Shown here piece after piece: positions 25,301 through 34,298 of a stretch of 64,000 nucleotides of DNA. Positions within the stretch are counted from its first letter, which is position 1; each line of letters starts with the position of its first letter. Below the pieces are notes generated by a model. That model worked only from the letters and a program-made list of their open reading frames with translations. It was not told the origin of the DNA and searched no databases. Made by a program: the position numbers and the translations under genes. This DNA comes from Octopus vulgaris (Eukaryota): NCBI GenBank assembly GCA_951406725.2, contig OX597814.1:104222001-104286000 (forward strand), in the 5' to 3' direction.

Positions 25301-26999
25301 TGTATCGATTAGTGAAAATCATCATCATCATCGTTTAACGTTCGTTCTCCATGTCCAATTAAATTTGTTTCCTCCCAACTTTCATCCTGAAGAAATAAAT
25401 ATCTTTTTAGGAAATTTTGCAGATACATTTCCAAGGATATAAATTTATATTAATCACATTGCAAAAAAAAAAAAGAAAAAAGAAAAAAATTCCTGGAGGA
25501 ATTTCGGATTATTCTCAACTTTGTTTTCACAAAACTCTCTTTAAAATGCTTTTTAAAAAAAATATTTTTTATCAAATAACAGTTTTGCAGAAATACATTT
25601 TCAAGTGTTATGTAATTTTGAGGTTTCAAATATATATATTTGAAAATAAAAACTTAGAAAATGTTCAGGTTACGACACTTCTCCATCGTCCCACCAGAAA
25701 ATGTTTTTCCTAAATTTTTTATCATCAACATTGTAGTCAACCCCCTCTGAAACGAATGGAAATTATGAGCAGTGGTTTTCAACTGGGATCCATGCAACAA
25801 ACTAGAAAATTGGGGCTCAACAATAGTATTTTAAGGGTCCCTAAAATATTTTGCTTTATATGTATGTATTTCTCTAACATTTTACATAGTTCAACCTCCA
25901 AAAGTTAATGTGTGAAACACAGAATAGGAATTTCGTAAGAAGTTTCAATAAAACTTAGTTTTTTAACAGCAAATGGCAATGGGGGTCCACCAGAATAAAA
26001 TAGCAGTCAAAAGGGTCCACAGATAAAAAATGGTTGAGAACCTCTGATTATGAGGAGTCAGGAAAGCGTCAAACTGTAGTTACACCCACAGAATATCTAT
26101 AGTTTGGTGCGCGAACATTTGGAATTTGGTTACTCTTAATTTTAAAGAAGATTTGTTTTTCTAATGAAATTTTGCAAAGAAAGATATGAGAAAGTTCGAG
26201 AGGGGTTGAAATAATTAAATCGGCATTACTTAAATGCAGAGGTCCCAATGCATCTACGTAACGATGTGAAGGGGAGGGTTAGTTTTAAGGGTTAGGGTAC
26301 CCACACAGAGTACATTTAAAATGTTTTGTACGTGACACCTATATCTAAGTAGTATCGTTAAGGGACCTCTGTATTTAAGTAGTACAATTAAATCGACCCT
26401 CCTGGAGAGAATGAAAGATGAAGTCTGATTAAAAAAAAACACATTAACATCGCCAGATATTCATTTAAACGATAAAGCGCTGGGATTTGCACTTACATAG
26501 CATGGAGTGCTGAGCCCATTTTATGAAAATGAGACAACCATTCACACACAAAAAACAATAGTTAAAATCTCTTCTTCGTATAGAATGGTGGCAAGTTTTA
26601 CGTCGTCTGAAAAAGTCATTAGTTGAGCTATTTCTTGGCGGACATTTCAACAAATGCCCATAAATTAAATGCATTTATCGTGTCCGCCAGGCCACGATGG
26701 TGGTCCGTTGCACTTTATGTATTAATCTCTCGCTCCGACGTTAAAATAAACATGAGACAAGAAAAAACACGTGTTTCCTTCATAAAAACTAATTGTGGGT
26801 CAAAATATGTTCAGAAGACATTGCATCGTTGTTATCCCTACAACTAAAATATTTGAATGCCACAAAGAACCACAATATATGGGTACAAGTACCCAATATA
26901 TGTTCATTAATAAATTAAAGAGCCCCTATATATATTTATTAAGGAATTACTCACAATTTCTGGCGGAGCTTGTCTCTCAGGTCGGCCACTTGCTGCCAT
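3229..26999 (-). CDS. BUD23: BUD23/WBSCR22 18S rRNA (guanine-N7)-methyltransferase, complete 11-exon gene, 281 aa
   Basis: Join (minus): 26955-26999, 23510-23547, 19682-19777, 15803-15885, 12450-12546, 11129-11225, 8526-8576, 6244-6329, 5173-5277, 3485-3577, 3229-3283 = 846 nt, all GT-AG, phases consistent. Protein [35 protein letters not shown]...ILDVGCGSGLSG (SAM motif I)...[29 protein letters not shown]...[12 protein letters not shown]...[15 protein letters not shown] matches Bud23 family motifs. Confidence 0.97.
3485..3577 (-). CDS. BUD23: BUD23 exon 10 ([30 protein letters not shown])
   Basis: ctgcag / gtgaga, 93 nt; basic C-terminal tail. Confidence 0.95.
5173..5277 (-). CDS. BUD23: BUD23 exon 9 ([34 protein letters not shown])
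   Basis: tttcag / gtaagc, 105 nt. Confidence 0.94.
6244..6329 (-). CDS. BUD23: BUD23 exon 8 ([28 protein letters not shown])
   Basis: ttatag / gttagt, 86 nt. Confidence 0.96.
6369..6775 (+). mobile_element. 5'-truncated R4/Dong-like non-LTR element (restriction-like endonuclease C-terminus)
   Basis: [11 protein letters not shown]...[34 protein letters not shown]...[17 protein letters not shown]; begins in an (AAT)n tract. Confidence 0.75.
8526..8576 (-). CDS. BUD23: BUD23 exon 7 ([17 protein letters not shown])
   Basis: tggcag / gttcgg, 51 nt. Confidence 0.94.
11129..11225 (-). CDS. BUD23: BUD23 exon 6 ([32 protein letters not shown])
   Basis: ttacag / gtgagt, 97 nt. Confidence 0.96.
12450..12546 (-). 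CDS. BUD23: BUD23 exon 5 ([31 protein letters not shown])
   Basis: ttacag / gtatag, 97 nt. Confidence 0.96.
12993..13366 (+). mobile_element. Full-length tRNA-derived SINE (CORE-like central motif)
   Basis: A box TGGCTGTGTGG, B-box-like GGTTCAGTCCC, CACCTTGGGCAAGTGTCTT motif; other copies at 33491-33882, 41821-42160(-), 43180-43565(-), 49975-50340(-), 55215-55585, 58645-58992. Confidence 0.85.
14000..14375 (-). mobile_element. RTE-LINE 3'-end copy, representative of dozens (e.g. 5519-5693, 20484-20865, 21400-21940, 36963-37275, 57215-57540, 61190-61440)
   Basis: Consensus ...GGTTGGCGTTAGGAAGGGCATCCAGCTGTAGAAAC...CCGTCCAACCCATGCTAGCATGGAAAGCGGACGTTAAAC(GAT)n, also found as the 3' end of the RT-bearing fragments. 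Confidence 0.8.
14640..15155 (+). mobile_element. Related ribozyme-bearing AT-rich element between (TA)n tracts
   Basis: Same leader motif as 32473; contains hammerhead 14851-14964. Confidence 0.55.
14851..14964 (+). ncRNA. Type I hammerhead ribozyme with extended stem II
   Basis: CTGAAGA (14856-62), 85-nt stem II (GGCcGTGGGGCA...ATGCCTCATTTA/TAAATGAGGTAT...TGCCCtCACtGCC), GAAA-C-AGCT-G-TC (GUC site at 14959); stem I weak. Confidence 0.7.
15803..15885 (-). CDS. BUD23: BUD23 exon 4 ([27 protein letters not shown])
   Basis: tttcag / gtaagt, 83 nt; SAM-binding GCGSG. Confidence 0.96.
16141..16722 (+). mobile_element. Probable non-LTR retroelement 3' UTR ending in (AAT)n
   Basis: GC-richer 580 bp block ending in an (AAT)n tail; family not assignable by eye. 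Confidence 0.4.
17560..18925 (+). mobile_element. Decayed R4/Dong-like element plus ~650 bp 3' UTR
   Basis: [11 protein letters not shown]...[15 protein letters not shown]; [25 protein letters not shown]; 3' part matches 61480-62110 in reverse. Confidence 0.7.
19682..19777 (-). CDS. BUD23: BUD23 exon 3 ([32 protein letters not shown])
   Basis: ttccag acceptor, gtgagt donor, 96 nt. Confidence 0.96.
23135..23460 (-). mobile_element. tRNA-derived SINE with V-like domain (relatives at ~607-875, 6840-7010, 13698-13995, 47385-47705)
   Basis: Minus strand: GAGTTCGATTCCC B box, then TGTGTTCTTGAGCAAGAGACTTTAT...CTCAGCTGTAGAAATGAG. Confidence 0.6.
23510..23547 (-). CDS. BUD23: BUD23 exon 2 ([13 protein letters not shown])
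   Basis: tttcag acceptor, gtaaga donor, 38 nt. Confidence 0.95.
25770..26046. mobile_element. hAT-type MITE with perfect 8-bp TSD
   Basis: ATTATGAG|CAGTGGTTTTCAAC...GTTGAGAACCTCTG|ATTATGAG; relatives at ~37729-37886 and 41678-42226. Confidence 0.85.
26955..26999 (-). CDS. BUD23: BUD23 exon 1 ([15 protein letters not shown])
   Basis: ATG at 26999, donor gtgagt; RPE..PPE N-terminal Bud23 motif. Confidence 0.95.
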
Positions 27000-27212
27000 A
27001 TTGCGACAAGTTTAAAGACATCAAGCAAAGCTAGCAGTTTCTAGATATATTTTCTTTGATAAAAGTTTATTAACTCTTTTCAACATTGAAACAATAATAA
27101 ACCATGTATTTTTATATGCGATATTTTGAAATATTTTTCTTGTTATATTTATAAATAAACGGTATGTATAAAGCTGGGTTTCGGAGCCAACACCCGGTCG
27201 AGGTCAGCGCCT
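27000..27212. promoter_or_regulatory. Putative bidirectional promoter and 5' UTRs shared by BUD23 and DNAJC30
   Basis: 213 bp separate the two divergent ATGs; no recognisable repeats here, unlike the surroundings. Confidence 0.75.
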
Positions 27213-28082
27213 ATGGCTCTCAATAACTCCCAGATTCCTTTCAGGATCTGTTTAATTTCTCATGGATTTACCAGCAGATCGAATTTTCGAAGTATTTGTC
27301 CATCTAAGGCTCGATATTTTGACCGAAGAAGATATCTTCAAAATGGGTTTTATACAAGTAGATTGCTCCACAATTATGTAAGTATGTGTCGACAAGTGTC
27401 TGGTCTCTTAATTAACAAACAGAGGTGCCCTTACGGCGCGCATTGGGCCATCGCAAGAAATATTTACATTTCTCAAAACAAAAGGCCTACAACACTTAAC
27501 AGATTGTTATATAATCGGAAATGCTTTTCTGTCCGTTTCCTATCTTCTAGACGTGTTGGACGTAAGTTTGAAGTAAAAAGTCGAAACTTGTTTGATGTTT
27601 TAGAAGTTACTCCCAGGGCTCACAGTTCAGAAATTAAGAAATCTTTTTACCGGTTATCGAAACGATATCATCCTGATATCAATAAATCACAAGAAGCAGT
27701 TACAAAGTTTACAGAAATTTCTGCAGCTTATGAAATTCTTAAAGACCCTCAAAAACGTCGAATGTATGAGAGAGAACTGATGGGCAGCAAAGAAATAAGT
27801 TCTGAACAGCTCAGGAGACATACCAGTGGAAGTATGAGCATGCAAGAGCATTACAATAAACATCTTCAAAACAAATCTCAGATTAAGAGACGTGCTGTTA
27901 AGTATGACGATGACTTTTGGGTTTATTATGGATCTATGAAGGACTCTAGGAAAAATAGCCACGAAAATTTAGAAGCAGTTTTAAAAAGATATCATGAAGA
28001 GGAAAGACATAGAAGAGCAAAAGGACTTCTAGGAGGAACGGTGGCCCTGATTTTTTTATTGGCAGTTGTGTTTTGGAAATAA
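27213..28082 (+). CDS. DNAJC30: Intronless DnaJ-domain protein, probable mitochondrial DNAJC30 (WBSCR18) orthologue, 289 aa
   Basis: Uninterrupted ORF; basic presequence-like N-terminus; J domain NLFDVLEV...IKKSFYRLSKRYHPD...ISAAYEILKDPQKRRMYE (HPD at aa 153-155); C-terminal hydrophobic helix LLGGTVALIFLLAVVF. Intronless and divergent from BUD23, like human DNAJC30. The J domain is certain; the subfamily is inferred. Confidence 0.82.
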   Translation: MALNNSQIPFRICLISHGFTSRSNFRSICPSKARYFDRRRYLQNGFYTSRLLHNYVSMCRQVSGLLINKQRCPYGAHWAIARNIYISQNKRPTTLNRLLYNRKCFSVRFLSSRRVGRKFEVKSRNLFDVLEVTPRAHSSEIKKSFYRLSKRYHPDINKSQEAVTKFTEISAAYEILKDPQKRRMYERELMGSKEISSEQLRRHTSGSMSMQEHYNKHLQNKSQIKRRAVKYDDDFWVYYGSMKDSRKNSHENLEAVLKRYHEEERHRRAKGLLGGTVALIFLLAVVFWK

Positions 28083-28181
28083 CAAACAACTTGAGTTAAA
28101 TTTTGTTTTTGTATAATATGAAGTTTTTTTGTGTTATATATTCGGTTATTTTGGTCGTAGTTTCTTGAAACCTGCTGCCAT

Positions 28182-28187
28182 AATAAA
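28182..28187 (+). terminator. AATAAA polyadenylation signal of the DnaJ gene
   Basis: AATAAA ~100 nt after the stop. Confidence 0.5.
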
Positions 28188-29139
28188 TATATTTCTGTTC
28201 TACATATTTTAATATGTTACAACCAGCAATAGTAATTCTCAAAGTTATATTAACTTTTAAATAAATTATTGAATATTTGTTTAATTGTTTTCTTGACTGG
28301 GATTCCTTGACTGCGGAGAGTCTGAGTCTGGAAGGTACTTTTTTATATCCAGATCTTCGTTGTTAAACCCTAATTCAGTTCCAACTGTGATCTCTTCTCC
28401 ACTTTATGTTAAAGCAGCGTGAGATTAATTCAGTTTGTCTTATTTTTAAGAATGCCGGGTGCTATTTGAGGGAAATGCGACTGTTATTTCTAGCAGGTCA
28501 AGGTCACGCGATGATTTGTGCAAGAAGAGTGATATAACTACTTGAAGGGAATCATATTTGAACCCATCCTATGGACCTTCAATATGGGAACATAACAGAG
28601 TTGTGTCCCTTGAACCGAGGAATAGGGAGACCATCGGTTTGCTAGAAATAGTAGCAAAATCGCTCTCAAATCACATCCACCCATCTTAAATAAGGATATA
28701 TTGAAAAATGCATTTAAGGATTTTTAAAAAATGAAGGTAAACTGACCGCAAATGATGACAATGTCACACCCTAATTTCATGAAAATAAATCGTCACATAA
28801 TCAATGTATAGATCAATCACATTTATGCCATGTTCTTCATTGTGAAGGAGAAGTTCTTTGTTGTCAGCTCCTTCACTGGTTTCTAGCCTACTTTTGCTTT
28901 GGCTTCCAGGCTTTCAGAACCATCCGTCTATCTACTTTTCATTTGTTCACCAAAATAGCAGAAGCTGCCAACCACTCCAGGAGAGCCTTCTAAGCAGAGT
29001 GAATCCCATCTCCCCAGAGTTCTTCCCACTTGTCTCTATCCATCAGTTACTTATGAATGAAGTCCATCTTTGTGGTCAGGCACGAGTCTGTAACCGCCGT
29101 TGATATATTAATTAAAACAGTGTTAATATATTATTAACT

Positions 29140-29522
29140 ATCTTACAAACAATAACTCTGAGCACCTTTTCAAACTCCACCTATCTAACACCTGTGGACA
29201 TGTTTACAAAGTCAGAAAACAGCACAGCTCCCATGACTTTCAGAAACATCTTTTTAACGCTAAGAGTTGCTGAAGCATGGAACAAACTGCTGGCATCAGT
29301 TGTTGTCGGAGCACTGCATCCTTCAAAACTTCCATGCTTCCTGAGATTCGCCAACACTACACCTGATTTTCTCCCCTCCATACACAAGCAAACATGTATC
29401 TGACTCATACACTTTTCGCTTTCCAGACATTTGTACATTACTGCATATGCTTTATACGCACTTTTGACAAGTTCTGGTGCACCTGAGCACTGTATACAAT
29501 AATTTCATTATTATTATTATTA
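29140..29522 (+). mobile_element. CR1-like LINE 3' end (second copy ~60440-60800)
   Basis: FLTLRVAEAWNKLLASVV C-terminus; 3' UTR GTGCACCTGAGCACT...AATAATTTC(ATT)n. Confidence 0.7.
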
Positions 29523-29762
29523 AATTAATTAAAATCAAGTGTTAACCCTTACAATATGCAAATTATTTGCACCAGTTCTCAGTAATTGTTGAGTATGGAA
29601 CCAAAATGACTGCTTGTTTCTATGGGATTGATAAAATTGATGCTGACACCTCTGATGAGATTCCAGTAAGATTCGAAAATTGATCCAAGTTGTTCATCGT
29701 TCTTTTAGCCCTGTTTATAAAGGTACTATACAGGTTACATATATGTTTGTGTGTATATGATA

Positions 29763-29994
29763 TAGGGTTGACCAAAAGCCACCTGACAGTAAATCAAAAC
29801 CATTTAATTCTGGGATTTTATTTATGTTTAACAACTGAATGAATTTAATAAAAGCATCTAAATGTGAAATATCATGAAAATTGTTCAAGCTGAAGTCCTT
29901 GAGCAACACACTTTTTCCACTAGAATGAATACAGAATTACAGATGGTATTTATGGAGTTTTGATCTACTATCGGGTGACTTTTGGCCAACCCTG
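29763..29994. mobile_element. Tc1/mariner-type MITE
   Basis: TA|TAGGGTTGACCAAAAGCCACCTGACAGTAAATCAAAA...TTTTGATCTACTATCGGGTGACTTTTGGCCAACCCTG|TA. Confidence 0.75.
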
Positions 29995-30044
29995 TATATC
30001 GGATAATATGATGTCAAATGGTGAACATATTAGTTGAATACAAA

Positions 30045-30275
30045 GGCGGTGATCTGGCAGAAATATTAGCATGCCGGGCGAAATGTGTAGCCGTATTTCG
30101 TATGCCGTTACGTTCTGAGTTCAAATTCCGCCGAGGTCGACTTTACCTTTCATCCTTTTGGGATCGATTAAATAAGTACCAGTTACGCACTGAGGTCGAT
30201 ATAATCGACTTAATCCGTTTGTCTGTCCTTGTTTGTCCCCTCTGTATTTAGCCCCTTGTGGGTAGTAAAGAAATA
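30045..30275 (+). mobile_element. tRNA-derived SINE with Meta-like domain (second copy 14412-14620)
   Basis: GAGTTCAAATTCC B box followed by GGTCGACTTTACCTTTCATCC...GATTAAATAAGTACCAG. Confidence 0.7.
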
Positions 30276-30388
30276 CGTATTAGGTGAATACAATTGGTGC
30301 TCAGATTGAATTCATGACTAAACTGACTTGAAATGCAGGAGTGCAATAGCTACAGGTAATGTATTGATTCATATATACAATCACTGGA

Positions 30389-31267
30389 CTACCTGTGACC
30401 TCTTGGGTCATTGACGGTTCAGGTTATAAAACACTGAGGCTGATTTCAACATTGCATTGAAATGAAAGTTAATTTTATGATGATTCAGTTAAATGTTTCA
30501 ATTTGTTTGTGTTATCATAGGTCTGTTTACAAGTTCATGTTTAAGGTTTTATTGATTATTTACAGCATCCAATAGAAATAGAACTTCTGGGATGAACTTG
30601 AACTCCAGTAACAGCATTTATTTATGGCTTATGTGCACACTTCTACAAAAAAGCAAAAGGAACTGTTATACAACATAAAATTAATGGAAACAATTTTCAC
30701 AGTATTATATATTTCCATTTCAGGGTTATGTTACTTTCATTATGTGCTGTTTTGGCTATTTATGAAGATACCCTAAAAAAAAAAAAAAACATCTCAGGAA
30801 TCCATGGTCTAATTTCTGTAAAACTTGTTTTATTCTGTTTGTATTCATATTTCAGGCATACCTTTCTTTCAGAGTATTTTTCCATTATGCACTGGTCTGG
30901 CTGTATTAAATTACAGACAAGCACGCATGGAAGCAAGCACTCACAGAGTTTTAGTAGTATATAGATAGATAGATTATCCAGAGATGTCATACATGTGAAG
31001 CAGGTAAGTAAAGTGGAAAAGTTTTCATATACTCTATTCAGTAATAACTCCAGGTTTCACTGCTTAAATTTGTGGAAACAAACCTAAAAAAACTGCATAT
31101 CTCAGGAATCCATGATCTGATTTATGTGAAACTTGTTTTATTCTGTTTGTGATCATATTTCAGGGGTACCTTACTTTCAGAGTATTTTCCCGTTATGCAC
31201 CGGTTTTGCTGTATTAAATTACAGACAAGCATGCATGTGAGCAATCAGAGTTTTATCAATGTATAGA
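30389..31267 (-). mobile_element. Helitron-like element with duplicated ~180 bp 5' segment
   Basis: Direct repeats ~30790-30966 and ~31098-31268, each reading A|TCTATA..AAAACTC on the minus strand; 3' hairpin TGACC-caaga-GGTCA then CAGGTAG|T. Confidence 0.5.
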
Positions 31268-31299
31268 TAGACCAAAATGATAGATAGGCAAACAACAGG

Positions 31300-31910
31300 T
31301 ATCGAGGCAGATTATAATATACAACAAAGAGAGAAAAAAAAAAAACAACTGCATAGAGAAGAGAAAATTGCAGGAAGTCAGTAAAAGTTTCATTACAGAA
31401 AGTTTTTAATAATCGTGATGTTAACAGTTAGATTGCAGGAAAAGACAGAAGATAAGTCCACAGTATTGATATGACATAGTTTGGTAAGGACATGAAAGTT
31501 ATCACAAGCAAAAACCTTGTAACTGAAAGAAGTTGTGCAGATCCTTACAGCTGTTTCTGGAATAGTTGCAATTCTCTTCATCCATATTCCCTCTGAAGAC
31601 GATATAGGCCAACACAAAAATGTTAGATGCTTGCAGCTAAAGAGAACTGCACTAATTCTGCATTTATTTTTGAAACAATCTGCATACCTTTTTTTTCAAC
31701 TGCAAGGTTTTTACTTGTGATAACTTCCATCTACCTACCCAACTTTGTCATATCAGTACTATGGACTTATTGTCTGCCTCTTCCTGGAATCTGTTTACAT
31801 TACATCTATTAAGAACTTCCCTAAGTCAGAAATTTTACTGACCTCCTGCAATTTTCACTTCTTTAGGCATTCATTTTTCTCTATGTTGTATCAATGTCAT
31901 AATCTAACCT
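31300..31910. repeat. Diverged ~240 bp inverted repeat with a hammerhead relic in the spacer
   Basis: ~31300-31543 is the reverse complement of ~31678-31910 (e.g. aaaattgcaggaagtcagtaaaa / ttttactgacctcctgcaatttt); GAAACAGCTGTAAGGAT on the minus strand at 31541-31557. Confidence 0.65.
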
Positions 31911-32837
31911 AATATCTTTTTGTTCTGTTATTCATATATATTTGTTTGTTGCATTGGACAGATACGTTACTGAGGCATTGATTTACAGCCGAGTATCTTT
32001 CTTGTTGCTAACCTTTACCTATTTTTCAAGTGAGGGATCTCTTCTTTTACATCTCCAAATGAGGGAGTGAATGAACAATTAGTTGATGAGTGACAACAAC
32101 CCTCACAGCAGGAGACTATCAAGTGCAAATGCAATGTTCACATGACGGGTTTTCTGTGGATATATATATATACACATACACACACACATACATATTTATG
32201 CATGCATACATCATCAACGTTTAACATCTGCTTTCCATGCTGGTATGGGTTGGATGGTTTGACTGAGGACTGGCAAACCACAGGATTATATAAATAGCTT
32301 TTAGGTGCAGGTGTGGCAAGAAGTTTGATTCCCAATAACACTGTTCCGGGTTCAGTCCCACTGCATAGCACCTTGAGCAAGTATATTCTATTGCCTCAGA
32401 CCAACCAAAGTTTTGAGAGTTGGTTTGGAAGAAAGAAACAGAAAGAAGCCCATCATATATATATATATATATAATTCCAAGAGCATTAGAGGTTGTGAAT
32501 CCAACCAACTAAGGGATAATATCTATCCAATATACTGCTGGTAGAATACCCAATTATTTTTTCATTGCATGGCAATTATATTACCAAGTGTATTAAATGG
32601 GTGAGGGTAAAGAGTTATTTTACCATTAATTTATAGAGAAATAAGAAAATGGAGGGGATCAATAGGTGGTATTCAACTTTTAGACGTTATATTATGTCAA
32701 TTTATTTATTTACAAAAAGGACAATTATAACAATATACATACATGTATAACATATTATGCTTTACGTATATAATATATAAAATATAAAAATATCAGTAAT
32801 TATTAAAATATATAACATATAGCAATAGAAATTGGGA

Positions 32838-32969
32838 TAATATCTTACAGCCGTTTCAGCCAAGAGGCAATAATACCCCATTCTACCTTTATCCCTCTAG
32901 GGGACTGAAGTAATTAGTAGATGAAATTGAGGTACTTGTGTGTTTCTCTAGGCTTCGTCAGAGATTTTA
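32838..32969 (-). ncRNA. Type I hammerhead ribozyme, inverted copy of 34167-34298
   Basis: Minus strand: atct-CTGACGA-AGCC...GGCT-GAAA-C-GGCT-G-TA-agat. Confidence 0.78.
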
Positions 32970-33490
32970 GAAAGTACATAAGGTTAAGTTATAAATATAA
33001 ATACACACACATATACATAAGTATACATAAATATATATACCTACACTTAAATGTATATGCATACAAAAGAATCATTATTAATATTATTAGATGCATTATA
33101 TTAATCATATTAAATAAAATATAAACAGAGGTATGAGAAAGTTATGAGGAGTAATATTGTAATTTATAAAATCCAAATATCTTAAAGCTATTTTAGTTAT
33201 TTAAGGATGAAACTGTATATACAGAACAATAGATGACAAATCAGATTACATAACTGAACAAAAATAACCCTTCCCCACTTCCTGCAGGATTTCAACTACT
33301 GCATAAAGAAAAAAATAACAGAGAAATAAACATATCACATGTTTATATGAAAATATATATAAGTTTGTGTATTATTGTTATAATTATAATGATACAAACT
33401 ACTACACTTATCCTCCCTTCTAAACACATCTAATACATATGTACCTATGAGTATGTTTGAGCAGAAATATATATATATATATAAATATAA

Positions 33491-33882
33491 GGCGCAGGAG
33501 CGGCTGTGTGGTAAGTAGCTTGTTTACCAACCACATGGTTCTGGGTTCAGTCCCACTGCGTGGCACCTTGGGCAAGTGTCTTCTACTATAGCCTCGGGCC
33601 GACCAAAGCCTTGTGAGTGGATTTGGTAGACGGAAACTGAAAGAAGCCCATCGTATATATGTATATATATATATGTGTGTTTGTGTGTCTGTGTTTGTCC
33701 CCCTAGCATTGCTTGACAACCGATGCTGGTGTGTTTATGTCCCCATTACTTAACGGTTCGGCAAAAAGAGACCGATAGAATAAGTACTTGGCTTACAAAA
33801 AGAATAAGTCCCGGGGTCGAGTTGCTCGATTAAAGGCGGTGCTCCAGCATGGCTGCAGTCAAATGACTGAAACAAGTAAGAG
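33491..33882 (+). mobile_element. tRNA-derived SINE inserted in the inverted-repeat spacer
   Basis: Very similar to 12993-13366. Confidence 0.85.
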
Positions 33883-34166
33883 TATGTGTGTGTGTGTTCC
33901 TCATGTATATACAGTTTCATCCTTACATAACTAAAATAAATATTGATTTTATAAATTTCAACATTACTCCTCATAACTTTCTCATACCTCTGTTTATATT
34001 TTATATAATATGATTAATATAATGCATCTAATAATATTAATAATAATAATGATTCTTTTGTATGCATATACATACACATATGCATGTACATTTAAGTGTA
34101 TGTATAGGTATTTAAGTATGTATATGTGTGTGTATTTATATTTATAACTTAACCTTATGTACTTTC

Positions 34167-34298
34167 TAAAATCTCTGACGAAGCCTAGAGAAACACGCAA
34201 GTACCTCAATTTCATCTACTAATTACTTCAGTCCCCTGGAGGGATAAAGGTAGAATGAGGTATTTTTGCCTCTTGGCTGAAACAGCTGTAAGATATTA
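34167..34298 (+). ncRNA. Type I hammerhead ribozyme with extended stem II
   Basis: atct-CTGACGA (34175-81), stem II AGCCtAGAG...CTCTtGGCT (97 nt), GAAA-C-AGCT-G-TA (GUA site at 34290)-agat; stems I and II pair; palindromic minimal stem III. Confidence 0.82.

Noticed and set aside
28800-29100. GC-richer block with a protein-like minus-strand reading (MDRDKWEELWGDG...)
   Set aside because: Multiple stops; probably a decayed LINE C-terminus that cannot be assigned.
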